Assembly (NCBI GenBank): GCA_964348145.1
Contig: CAYGBO010000001.1
Coordinates: forward strand, 32,061 to 76,285
From: an uncultured Methanomassiliicoccales archaeon
GTDB lineage: Archaea; Thermoplasmatota; Thermoplasmata; RBG-16-68-12
Reading direction: 5' to 3'
DNA: 44,225 bases
Shown: positions 17,261-24,849 of the stretch, in pieces
How positions within the stretch are numbered: the first letter of the stretch is position 1
How the letters are laid out: the number at the start of each line of letters is the position of its first letter
The notes under the pieces: generated by a model
Told to the model about the DNA's origin: nothing
Databases searched by the model: none
What the model saw: only the letters and a program-made list of their open reading frames with translations
Position numbers and translations under genes: made by a program

Positions 17261-17998
17261 CTACTGCTTCGTCCAGCGCCGGATCTTGCGTAAGCACGCC
17301 CGCCGGTCGTCCGCGGTCCCCTTGAAGATCTCCAGGGTCACATGGCCGTCATATCCGGCCGCGCGCAACGATCGCACGTCGTGTTCGATGTCGATTGTCC
17401 CCTTGCCGAACGGGAGGTGCTCGTCGCCGGGCTCGCCATGCCCGCCGTGGTTGTCGTGAACGTGCACGAGTTCGAGTCGATCCCGGAACGCCTCCAGGTA
17501 TGTCGAGGCGCCCTCCGTGCGGCCGTCGAGGTGGGCATGCCCGACGTCCAAACACGCGCGGAGGCTCGGGATCGCGTCGAGGGTCCGCCGCAGCACGTCC
17601 GGCGGCTCGTCCACGTTCTCGAGGGTCACGATCGCGCCACGATCCGTCGCCGCGCGGACGAGGTCCGCGAGCCAGGATGTTTTCGCCTCAGGGCTGACGC
17701 GAGGCGAATACCGCGCCTCGAGGAAATGCACGTTGAAAACCCTCGTCCCCAGAGGCACGATCGCGTCCATGAACTGGACGAAGCGGGCGAGGTCCGCGTC
17801 GCGGAAGTGGGACGGCGGGAGGTGGGCTGTCTCCAACGGGATTCTCTTCGCGAGTTCCGTCGCCTCGTCCCGGAGCTTCGGTGGCTCCCACGGGATCCAC
17901 GTCAGGTCGAACTCCGCGTAGTCGAAGCCCGATTCATGGAGTTCGTCGATCTGCTTCGTGAAGGCCTCCTTGCTGTACGTCGACGCGCCGACGCGCAC
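17261..17998 (-). CDS. xylose-isomerase-like TIM-barrel protein (sugar phosphate isomerase/epimerase family)
   Basis: AEFDL..., HLPP..., IVTLENV, CLDVGHAHL, HVHDNHG...DEHLPFGKGTIDI is the typical AP-endonuclease-2/xylose isomerase-like metal-ligand spacing. Confidence 0.8.
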   Translation of the reverse strand: MRVGASTYSKEAFTKQIDELHESGFDYAEFDLTWIPWEPPKLRDEATELAKRIPLETAHLPPSHFRDADLARFVQFMDAIVPLGTRVFNVHFLEARYSPRVSPEAKTSWLADLVRAATDRGAIVTLENVDEPPDVLRRTLDAIPSLRACLDVGHAHLDGRTEGASTYLEAFRDRLELVHVHDNHGGHGEPGDEHLPFGKGTIDIEHDVRSLRAAGYDGHVTLEIFKGTADDRRACLRKIRRWTKQ

Positions 17999-18070
17999 GG
18001 CGCGGCGAAGGGCGGGGTCGTTATAAGCCTTGCCCGCAGAGGTTCATGACGCAGGGCGCGATGGCCCCGC

Positions 18071-18682
18071 GTGGTCCTCGACCTTTTCGCCGCAACCGGG
18101 GCGGGGACGGTCATCGGACTGTCCCTCGCGGCACCGCCGGGACCCGTGAACGCGATCATCGCATCCCAGAGCGTCCTGCGATCCTGGCGTGCCGGCTTCC
18201 TCGTCGGATGCGGCGCGATGACGGCGGACGCGGGATTCCTCCTCCTCTCCGTCCTCGCGAATTCCTTCCTCCTGAACACCCTCGCCTGGTTCCCGATCGT
18301 GGCCCTCGTCGGGACCGCCGTCCTCGCGTTCTTCGCGGTCGGCGCGGCTCGTGCCTGGAATCGCGCGGAATCCGTCATGGAGGCCGCCTCGGCCCCCCAT
18401 GCGAAGTCCTACGCGACGGGTCTCGTGACGAACCTGACGAGCCCCTATCCGATCCTCTGGTGGCTCACCGCGGGCCTCGTCCTCATCGCCCAGCTTGGGC
18501 CCGCCGTGCTCGTGGGTTTCTTCTCGGGGATCCTCCTCTGGATCGCCGCTTTCCCCTTCGCCCTACGCGTAGCCCAGCAGCGCTTTGCCCGCACGTACCG
18601 CGCGGTCCTCCTCTTCTCGATCGCGTGCCTCCTTTTCTTCGCGGCGTTCCTCGCGTGGTCCGCCCTGGACGTCCTCCTCTGA
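18071..18682 (+). CDS. LysE/RhtB-family amino-acid exporter
   Basis: 203 aa with about 6 TM helices. The N-terminal SLAAPPGPVNA and later NLTSPYPILWW motifs are typical of the LysE family. GTG start. Confidence 0.8.
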   Translation: MVLDLFAATGAGTVIGLSLAAPPGPVNAIIASQSVLRSWRAGFLVGCGAMTADAGFLLLSVLANSFLLNTLAWFPIVALVGTAVLAFFAVGAARAWNRAESVMEAASAPHAKSYATGLVTNLTSPYPILWWLTAGLVLIAQLGPAVLVGFFSGILLWIAAFPFALRVAQQRFARTYRAVLLFSIACLLFFAAFLAWSALDVLL

Positions 18683-18688
18683 GCCGGC

Positions 18689-19435
18689 TCACCAGGCGAG
18701 TTGCAGATGGTCCGCGACCCGAACTTCCCGAAAACCTCCCCCAAGCCCGAGGGCCGTGATCCGTGGCTCCTCATACGCGAAATCGTCCAGGGTCCGCTGG
18801 TGGGGAGGCACGGGTCGATACCACTCCGCCTCCTCGGATTCGGGTCGGGTGATGAGGACACCCCCTCGACCCTGGGCGATCCGGATTGCTCGGTCCGCGC
18901 CCTCGTAGAGCTGCCGACGGATCGACCGACGCCGGTACAGCTTCGCGAGCCCCGCGTTCGTCACGAGGCCGACGACGCCGCGTCCCGTCACGGTCCTCCG
19001 AATCGCGCGCAGGGAACGCAGGAACAGCTGGTGGGCCTCCCCCCGCTCAACGTCTTCGTCCAGGTACATTTCGGGGAGGCAGGACAGGACGACGAGGTCC
19101 GCGCTGGTCTCCTCCAACTTTCTATCGAGCATCTCCAATATTAATGTGGTCATCTGGTGGCAGGTGAAGGCCCGGGCCACGTGGACCCGCGGGAGGATTT
19201 CGGCCCGCGCGAGCCCCGCGCGCTTCCCAAGGGCCACCATCCTATGGGGATCGACGGAGTTCCCGCCGTCCACGAAGACGACCGCCCCGCCCTCCATGAC
19301 CGCGCGGACGCACAGGAGGGTCGTCAGGTGGAACACGAAGTCGCTCCCGCTGTCGATCAGGGTGACCTGGCCGCCCTCGAAGGGCCCGAGGATGCCGTCG
19401 AGGGCGGGGATCGAGGTGACGAGGGCCTTGCGCAC
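18689..19435 (-). CDS. RadB/RecA-fold protein lacking Walker A and Walker B (pseudo-ATPase)
   Basis: IPALDGILGPFEGGQVTLIDSGSDFVFHL aligns to the RadB LDELLGGG....I.G..GSGKT region but has no GK[ST]. VVFVDGGNSVDPHRM matches the RadB V.YIDTEG.F..ER region. The Walker B position reads DLVVLSC, with no Asp. Confidence 0.7.
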   Translation of the reverse strand: MRKALVTSIPALDGILGPFEGGQVTLIDSGSDFVFHLTTLLCVRAVMEGGAVVFVDGGNSVDPHRMVALGKRAGLARAEILPRVHVARAFTCHQMTTLILEMLDRKLEETSADLVVLSCLPEMYLDEDVERGEAHQLFLRSLRAIRRTVTGRGVVGLVTNAGLAKLYRRRSIRRQLYEGADRAIRIAQGRGGVLITRPESEEAEWYRPVPPHQRTLDDFAYEEPRITALGLGGGFREVRVADHLQLAW

Positions 19436-19713
19436 ACCGATGCGTTCGGGCGGGACGCGGACAGGCTCCGTGACGAGGACGATGGTCTCCCCCTCGTCTC
19501 GACGGACGGGACCGTATAAAGGAGAGAAGGGCGGAGAGGAGGGCGAAAGTGTCGAGTCCGATCACGTCCGTAGCCTACCCGAAACCCGCGACCGGGTAGC
19601 CCTAGCATGCCAGCGCGGGTCTCGCCGAGGCGGCTAAGGAGGCTGTCAAACTTTCCAGTCAGGAATCCCAGGCGATAGGTGGAGCCCGCAACGTCAAGTG
19701 GGCAGGGTGGCCT

Positions 19714-20160
19714 TCACCCCGCCGGGCCCCGTTCCCCTCTCTCCAGCCCGACAAGCCTGACTTCGAAGTTTAGGGTCTGGCCGGCCAGCCGGTGGTTAAG
19801 GTCCACGATCACACCGTCCTCCGAGACCTCGACGACAGTGGCTTCGACGGCTTTACCCTCTGGGGTTCGGACGGGGAGGACGGAGCCGGGCTTGACGTCG
19901 GCGCCTGCCAACTGCTCGCTGCGAATCTTGCCGACCAGATCATCCCGCCGCGGGCCATAGGCTTCCTCCGGTGGAACGCGAATCCGCTTTTCCTCTCCCT
20001 CTGCCATGCCCACGACGCCCTTGTCAAGTCCTTTGATGACCTCGCCCACGCCTACTCGGAACTCAATGGGCTCCCGACCTTCCGAGGAGTCGAAGACGGT
20101 TCCGTCTTCGAGCGTTCCTTTGTAGTCGACGCTAACCTTGTCCCCGTTTCTGACCTTCAT
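19714..20160 (-). CDS. FKBP-type peptidyl-prolyl cis-trans isomerase (SlyD-like, with IF insert)
   Basis: MKVRNGDKVSVDYKGTLEDGTVFDSS...IEFRVGVGEVIKGLDKGVVGMAEGEEK...VVDLNHRLAGQTLNFEVRLV. The ATG at 20160 was chosen because the upstream part of ORF 19714..20577 is junk. AAACTTATTAGTA lies upstream on the coding strand. Confidence 0.85.
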   Translation of the reverse strand: MKVRNGDKVSVDYKGTLEDGTVFDSSEGREPIEFRVGVGEVIKGLDKGVVGMAEGEEKRIRVPPEEAYGPRRDDLVGKIRSEQLAGADVKPGSVLPVRTPEGKAVEATVVEVSEDGVIVDLNHRLAGQTLNFEVRLVGLERGERGPAG

Positions 20161-20771
20161 CGTTCCATCCCGCTTTCTCTGACTCACTTGGCACCATCGT
20201 ACTAATAAGTTTTCCGTCTGCGAAACCGTCAGGTCATGAACATTCATTGCGATATCGCTACCTGCATGAGTGGTCAGGGGCCGGGTGGGTGGCAGTAGGG
20301 CCCGTGTCCGAGATTCGGGCCTGTCAACGCCTCTGCGCGAGACCGAACCGAAATTGGGCGTGCAACGATGGCGGCGCGGGACAGCCTGGTACCGCCATCC
20401 CGGAGACGCGAATCGAGTCCGCGCAGACCCGTGCTCCCTCGGCGCTTTCTGCGACTCCCGGTGATCCGGCGCCTCTTCGCAATGCGCAGGGATGCTTCTT
20501 CGCTCTCTTCCGATACTTTGCACCGAGGACCACGGGATCTCGCTCGCTACCGCGCAGGAGTTGCTCTTGGCTCGCACACCTCCGGAGGACCCTCAACACT
20601 TTCCGTGACGGGGCGAGGGAGGCTGAACATGCAATAGACGGATCGTTGGGTTCGAAGGTCCACAAGCTTTGTCGGCGCATAGGATGCTTTGACCTTTGGG
20701 GGCTTGACTTCCTTCTCACCCTTTTCGCGAGAAGGAGAGCCCTCGAAGCGCCGAGGAGGGGCGCGCTACAA

Positions 20772-21298
20772 ATGCCCGGGGCCTGGGGACCAGGAGGGGG
20801 TGATTGCTTGCGCAGTAGGCTTTGCGGAAAGTTGCTTGGGATTGTGGCGTCCCTCGTCGCAGTCATCGCCTTCGTGCAGCCTCTTGCAGCGGCCGGCCCC
20901 GTCGTCCGAGAGGGTTTATCGTGGAAGAGACAGTAGACGTGGACTGCGGCGGATACGTTGTCCGCGAGGAGCGCACCTTGGTGATTGACGTCGTTGCGTT
21001 CCTCGACGACGCCGGGGAGCCAACTTTGGTCCAGTTGCACGTTCATGGCATTGTCGTCCGCACAAACCTCGATACCGGGAAATCCTCGACGGAGCACCCC
21101 GGCGTCAATGTCTTCCTCGATTTCACGGAGGAGACGGAGACGTACGTGGGAGGAACGTTCGTCGTGGTTGTCGAAGGGGAGGGGATCGTTATCCAAGACA
21201 CGGGACGTGTTGTCTTCAGTCCTGATGGAATCCTCTTCGAGGCAGGCCCGCAGGATAGCCTCCATGGCCCGGAACTGGTGTGTTCCCACCTCGGCTAG
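20772..21298 (+). CDS. putative secreted beta-rich protein encoded in two frames (signal peptide in frame 0, mature domain in frame -1)
   Basis: Frame 0 (ATG at 20772 or TTG at 20808) gives MRSRLCGKLLGIVASLVAVIAFVQPLAAAGP and stops at 20936. Frame -1 from 20912 gives IVEETVDVDCGGYVVREERTLVIDVVAF...GRVVFSPDGILFEAGPQDSLHGPELVCSHLG. GGAGG motifs lie at 20755-20759 and 20793-20797. Confidence 0.4.
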
Positions 21299-21605
21299 CC
21301 AACGGTTCCGCTTCGGGTGAAAGACATCACCGTTCGAATCGGACATCCGAAGGAATGGTCCCTACCGTCAGGCAGATGCCTAAACTGATCCGTGGTCAGG
21401 CTTGACCTCGGGCCGAGGACGCGCGGATCCATCTCGAGCGACCCCGCCTTCAAGGGAGCGTATCAGGTCCATAGCACGCAGGCGCCTCGCACCCGCTCCG
21501 GCCACGGCCCCGCGACCGCCGAGCCCTCGCCTTCCCCAAGGAGGACGAGAAGCCGAGCGGCGTCGGGGGCCACGACCGCGTTGACGGCCTTCGCTGATTG
21601 ACGAG

Positions 21606-22217
21606 TCACCCAGGCGGCGGCGGAGGCGCCGGAGCGGCTCGCGCCTGACGCTTCCGGCGGATCTTGGACGTCTGAAGGTAGGCGCCCAAGGCGAAGGCTC
21701 CCACACCCGCGAGGGCGGCCGGGAAGGCGCCGAGGTTCAGGAAGTAGAGGCCGGCGGCCAGGAGGAGTCCTCCGATCGCCGCCGTGATGATTCCGATGAG
21801 GTCGTCAATGAAGTAGTAAGCGAGGGCGAAGACGATGAGGAGGACCAACAAGGAGATGACGAGAATGGCGTCGAACTGGCCGGGCACGAAGACCGCGCTG
21901 CCGCCCAGGACGGCATAGGTCAGGGCGCCCGCGAGGAGGCCGACGAGGAAGGCGAGGGCCACCTTCACGAGCTTCGCGAACAGGATGCTGCCGATGATTG
22001 CACCGACGATTGCGAGGATGAGGCCCGGGAGCAGTCCGCCGCCCAAGGCCGCTCCGAAGATGTATCCGACGGCGCTCCCGAGCAGCGCCCCGATCAGGGA
22101 CATGATGCTCGACCAGATGCCATGGCCCCAGAAGGCGAGGGCGAGGCCTGTGGCCACGAGGATGATTCCGATGATCAGGGAGGGTATGGGCCCGAAGAGG
22201 GTCTCGTGGAAGGGCAT
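21606..22217 (-). CDS. Gly/Ala-rich multi-pass membrane protein with basic, Pro-rich tail
   Basis: 203 aa with about 6 hydrophobic segments carrying GxxxG-type motifs. The C-terminus reads KIRRKRQARAAPAPPPPPG. I recognise no family. Confidence 0.7.
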   Translation of the reverse strand: MPFHETLFGPIPSLIIGIILVATGLALAFWGHGIWSSIMSLIGALLGSAVGYIFGAALGGGLLPGLILAIVGAIIGSILFAKLVKVALAFLVGLLAGALTYAVLGGSAVFVPGQFDAILVISLLVLLIVFALAYYFIDDLIGIITAAIGGLLLAAGLYFLNLGAFPAALAGVGAFALGAYLQTSKIRRKRQARAAPAPPPPPG

Positions 22218-22285
22218 CCGCGATTCGCGATTCGGCTCACCCTATAAGAATCCAGCGAGGTCCGTCGGGCCGCTGCCGTCGATTC

Positions 22286-23839
22286 TCATCCGCGTCCGAA
22301 CACATCGTCCGCGCGGGCCGCGACGTCCTTCATGCCCCCCTCGTCGACGGCGTTCTCTGGCAGGAGATGCTGCCGGATCATGAGATCGTCGTATTCGAGG
22401 ACGTCGAGGACCGTCGGGATGCGGATCGCATCGCCGAGGACCGCGACGGTCCGGAGGGGCAGCTTCGCGACGATGTTCATCCACATTCCCTTGTCCGGAA
22501 CCCCGGCGAGGGCGGACTCCACGTCGGAGGGCTCCTTGAGGGACATGACGAGGCGGTTCGCAAGCTGACTCCGGACCTCGTCGTCAATACGTGAGGGCCT
22601 CTGGTCGATCAGGGCGAGGATCAGGTTGAACTTCCTCGTCTCCCGCGCGAGCCGGCTGAAGATTGAATACTCCTCGATCCTCGGGTCGAGGAACTTGTGG
22701 GCCTCCTCGAGGAAGAGGACGAGCCGCGGATAGTCCGTCGTGTGCTCCGTGTAGAGTTCGAAGAGGCGGCGGGCGAGGACATTCGCCACGAACAGGTAGA
22801 CCATCTGGTCCGTCCCGAAGTCCCCAAAGTCCAGGACGACGGACCTGCCCGCCTTGATGAGGGCGAGCATCTGGCTGAAGGCGTCCCTTCCGCCCTCGCG
22901 GATGAAGGGCAGACGCTCGAACCGCCCCATCCGCCGCTGGAGGGCCTGGATGACCATGAGATGGAGTTCGCCCCGTTCCAGCTCGGCCTCGAGGGGCTGT
23001 TTCTCCCGGATCGCCGTGATGAGGTCCACGTCCCTCGGCTTCGTCCGGTAGATCTGGTAGATGTGATCGATCATGGGAGGGGTGAGGTCCTGGAAGGCGA
23101 TGATCAGGTCCTCCGGGGTGATCTGGCCTGCGTCGAGGACGAAGGGCTGCGCCTCCCGATCCTTCGGGTCGAGGGAGAAAATCTCCACCTTCCCGGGGAA
23201 GAAGTACTTCAGGCCCTCCGTCCCGTCCGTCTTGCTGAAGACGCCGTACTCCCCGTGCATGTCGAAGATGAGGACCGAACCCGCGTCTTTCGCGAGGATC
23301 GCTGTGCAGACGAGCTTGTTCAGGATCGACTTCCCCGTCCCCGTGCGCCCGAAGATTGCGAAGGGTTTCTCCACGAGGGTCTCGATGTCGAGGTGGACGT
23401 AGAAGGGCTCGACGCCCGTAATCGTGCCGAGGGGTGCCGATTTGGCCGTCGGCTGGTAGATCAGTTCGACGTCCTGGCGGGTCGCGTGCCGGCACTCCGC
23501 GAAGTACGGCGGGATCGTCTGCGGCTCGCTCAGGGCCTTGTGCTCCTTGTCGATGAGCTGGATCATCCGGAGCTTCGCCTTGCTATAGAAGATCGGGCCG
23601 CCGTAGCCCTCGTGGCTCTCGGGGCGCGGCACGACGACGTCCCCGATGTCGGATCCGGCGAGTTGATCCGCGATGTCGCTTCGCTCGTTGACCACGTCCT
23701 CCACGAGGCAGTAGAAGTCGTATCGGGCGCCCTCGACGATCACGGGGTATGCGATCCGCAGTTCCTCGGGATTCGGAAGTTGGAGTTTCGCCTCGAGGCC
23801 CTGGAGCACGGAGGCGGCGACAATCTCTCCGATCTTCAT
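22286..23839 (-). CDS. herA: HerA-type hexameric DNA helicase/translocase
   Basis: The ATG at 23839 (MKIGEIVAASVLQG...) overlaps the nurA stop (ATGA). Walker A is IFGRTGTGKSIL, and VLFLEEAHKF is Walker B-like. The 98-aa upstream ORF extension is Arg/Pro junk that overlaps nurA. Confidence 0.85.
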   Translation of the reverse strand: MKIGEIVAASVLQGLEAKLQLPNPEELRIAYPVIVEGARYDFYCLVEDVVNERSDIADQLAGSDIGDVVVPRPESHEGYGGPIFYSKAKLRMIQLIDKEHKALSEPQTIPPYFAECRHATRQDVELIYQPTAKSAPLGTITGVEPFYVHLDIETLVEKPFAIFGRTGTGKSILNKLVCTAILAKDAGSVLIFDMHGEYGVFSKTDGTEGLKYFFPGKVEIFSLDPKDREAQPFVLDAGQITPEDLIIAFQDLTPPMIDHIYQIYRTKPRDVDLITAIREKQPLEAELERGELHLMVIQALQRRMGRFERLPFIREGGRDAFSQMLALIKAGRSVVLDFGDFGTDQMVYLFVANVLARRLFELYTEHTTDYPRLVLFLEEAHKFLDPRIEEYSIFSRLARETRKFNLILALIDQRPSRIDDEVRSQLANRLVMSLKEPSDVESALAGVPDKGMWMNIVAKLPLRTVAVLGDAIRIPTVLDVLEYDDLMIRQHLLPENAVDEGGMKDVAARADDVFGRG

Positions 23840-24849
23840 CGTAGATCCCTCGCGACCCGGTCGAGGTACTCGTGGAAGGCGCTCCGCCTCCGGCCCTCGA
23901 CGCCCGTGAGGCCGTCCAAGGCGGTGCGCACGTCGAGTCCGAGCCGAAGGGCCGTCCGCAGGACCGACTCCTGGTACACGGGCTTGAGCTGCCGCACGGT
24001 CACGGCCATCCGGTGGGCCTCGATGAGGGGATACGGGTAGCCGACGGAGAGGAGGCTCCTCGCGTAGGGGGCGATCTGCCCGAACACGAAGTCGGGATCG
24101 TTCCGGAACGTCCCCACGTCCACGCGGAACCACTTCCGCGCCCCGGGATGGAGTCGCGCGTAATAGATGTCACCGTAGAGGAGCCCCTCCCTCGCCGCCT
24201 CGGATTCCTTGGGCGCTCGGGCGTACGCCGTCACCCTCCCGGGGAGCCGGGACTGGCAGCGGGCCATGAGGTCCTCGTCCGTGAGGACGTGGCCGAAGGC
24301 ATGGAGCTGACTGTCCTTCGAGATCCCAACGAGAATGTGCCCGCGCTTCTCGCACACGGCGACGAGGCGCTCCATGAAGGTGAACTGCTTCGGGAACTCG
24401 GAGAGGGTCCCGTCGACGGCGACAATGCAGTCCCCCGCCTCGTCGGCCACGTTGATCGCGAGCTGCCCCTCGATGAGCCGCCGGTACTCGTTGACCATGT
24501 CCCTCGCTTGGTTCTCCCGCGCGCCCTTCGTGAACTCGTAGAGGGACCGATGGAGATCGTCCTGCTTCGCGACGAACTCCTCGAAGGTTGATATCCCGAC
24601 CATCCGCTGGACGAGGCGCCAGTCGCGCCTCGAGAAGCGTCCTCCCTCGAAGGCATAGCGGAGGAGACCGACGGAGATCGAGAGGTTCAGCAGGAACGAG
24701 TAGGAGCCGTCCACAGCGATCATGTCCCGGGTCGGCCCCCGCGCCCGGAAGACTTGGAACTCCGGGATCGGAGGAGGCGGTAGGGTCACGTCCCGATGGT
24801 GCTCGACGAGGAGTTCGAGCTCCCTTCGCATCTCGTCGATGAAGCTCAT
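23836..24849 (-). CDS. nurA: NurA 5'-3' nuclease
   Basis: The ATG at 24849 overlaps the rad50 stop (ATGA). MIAVDGSYSFLL (catalytic Asp motif) and CIVAVDGTLS are present. Its position is between rad50 and herA. Confidence 0.8.
   Translation of the reverse strand: MSFIDEMRRELELLVEHHRDVTLPPPPIPEFQVFRARGPTRDMIAVDGSYSFLLNLSISVGLLRYAFEGGRFSRRDWRLVQRMVGISTFEEFVAKQDDLHRSLYEFTKGARENQARDMVNEYRRLIEGQLAINVADEAGDCIVAVDGTLSEFPKQFTFMERLVAVCEKRGHILVGISKDSQLHAFGHVLTDEDLMARCQSRLPGRVTAYARAPKESEAAREGLLYGDIYYARLHPGARKWFRVDVGTFRNDPDFVFGQIAPYARSLLSVGYPYPLIEAHRMAVTVRQLKPVYQESVLRTALRLGLDVRTALDGLTGVEGRRRSAFHEYLDRVARDLR

Noticed and set aside
19573-19600. A perfect 7-bp inverted repeat, CTACCCG-N10-CGGGTAG, between the FKBP gene end and the RadB-like gene start.
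   Set aside because: It is a single short hairpin without an adjacent oligo-T tract or a repeated copy. That is too little to call it a terminator or a regulatory element.
20161-20771. Tested whether the gene-free 0.6 kb is RNase P RNA or SRP (7S) RNA.
   Set aside because: On neither strand did I find the RNase P CR-I/CR-IV strings (GAGGAAAGUCC, ACAGAA..GGCUUA). I also found no SRP helix-8 core (GGAA tetraloop flanked by AGCA-type loops). The nearest, GGUCCUCCGGAGG, is just a palindrome. The region's identity remains open (see findings).
21332-21340. GTTCGAATC, a T-loop-like motif that suggested a tRNA.
   Set aside because: The flanking bases (CACCG / GGACA) cannot form a 5-bp T-stem. No acceptor, D or anticodon arms can be drawn around it on either strand.
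20324-21346. A 340-aa minus-strand ORF spanning the gene-poor region and the putative secreted-protein gene.
   Set aside because: Over 20912-21298 it is in exact codon register antisense to the plus-strand beta-rich ORF, which is the classic shadow frame in GC-rich DNA. Its remaining 190 aa are Arg/Ser/Pro/Lys-rich with no protein-like pattern. It has no signal, motif or promoter island. It stays as an alternative only if the plus-strand gene is refuted.
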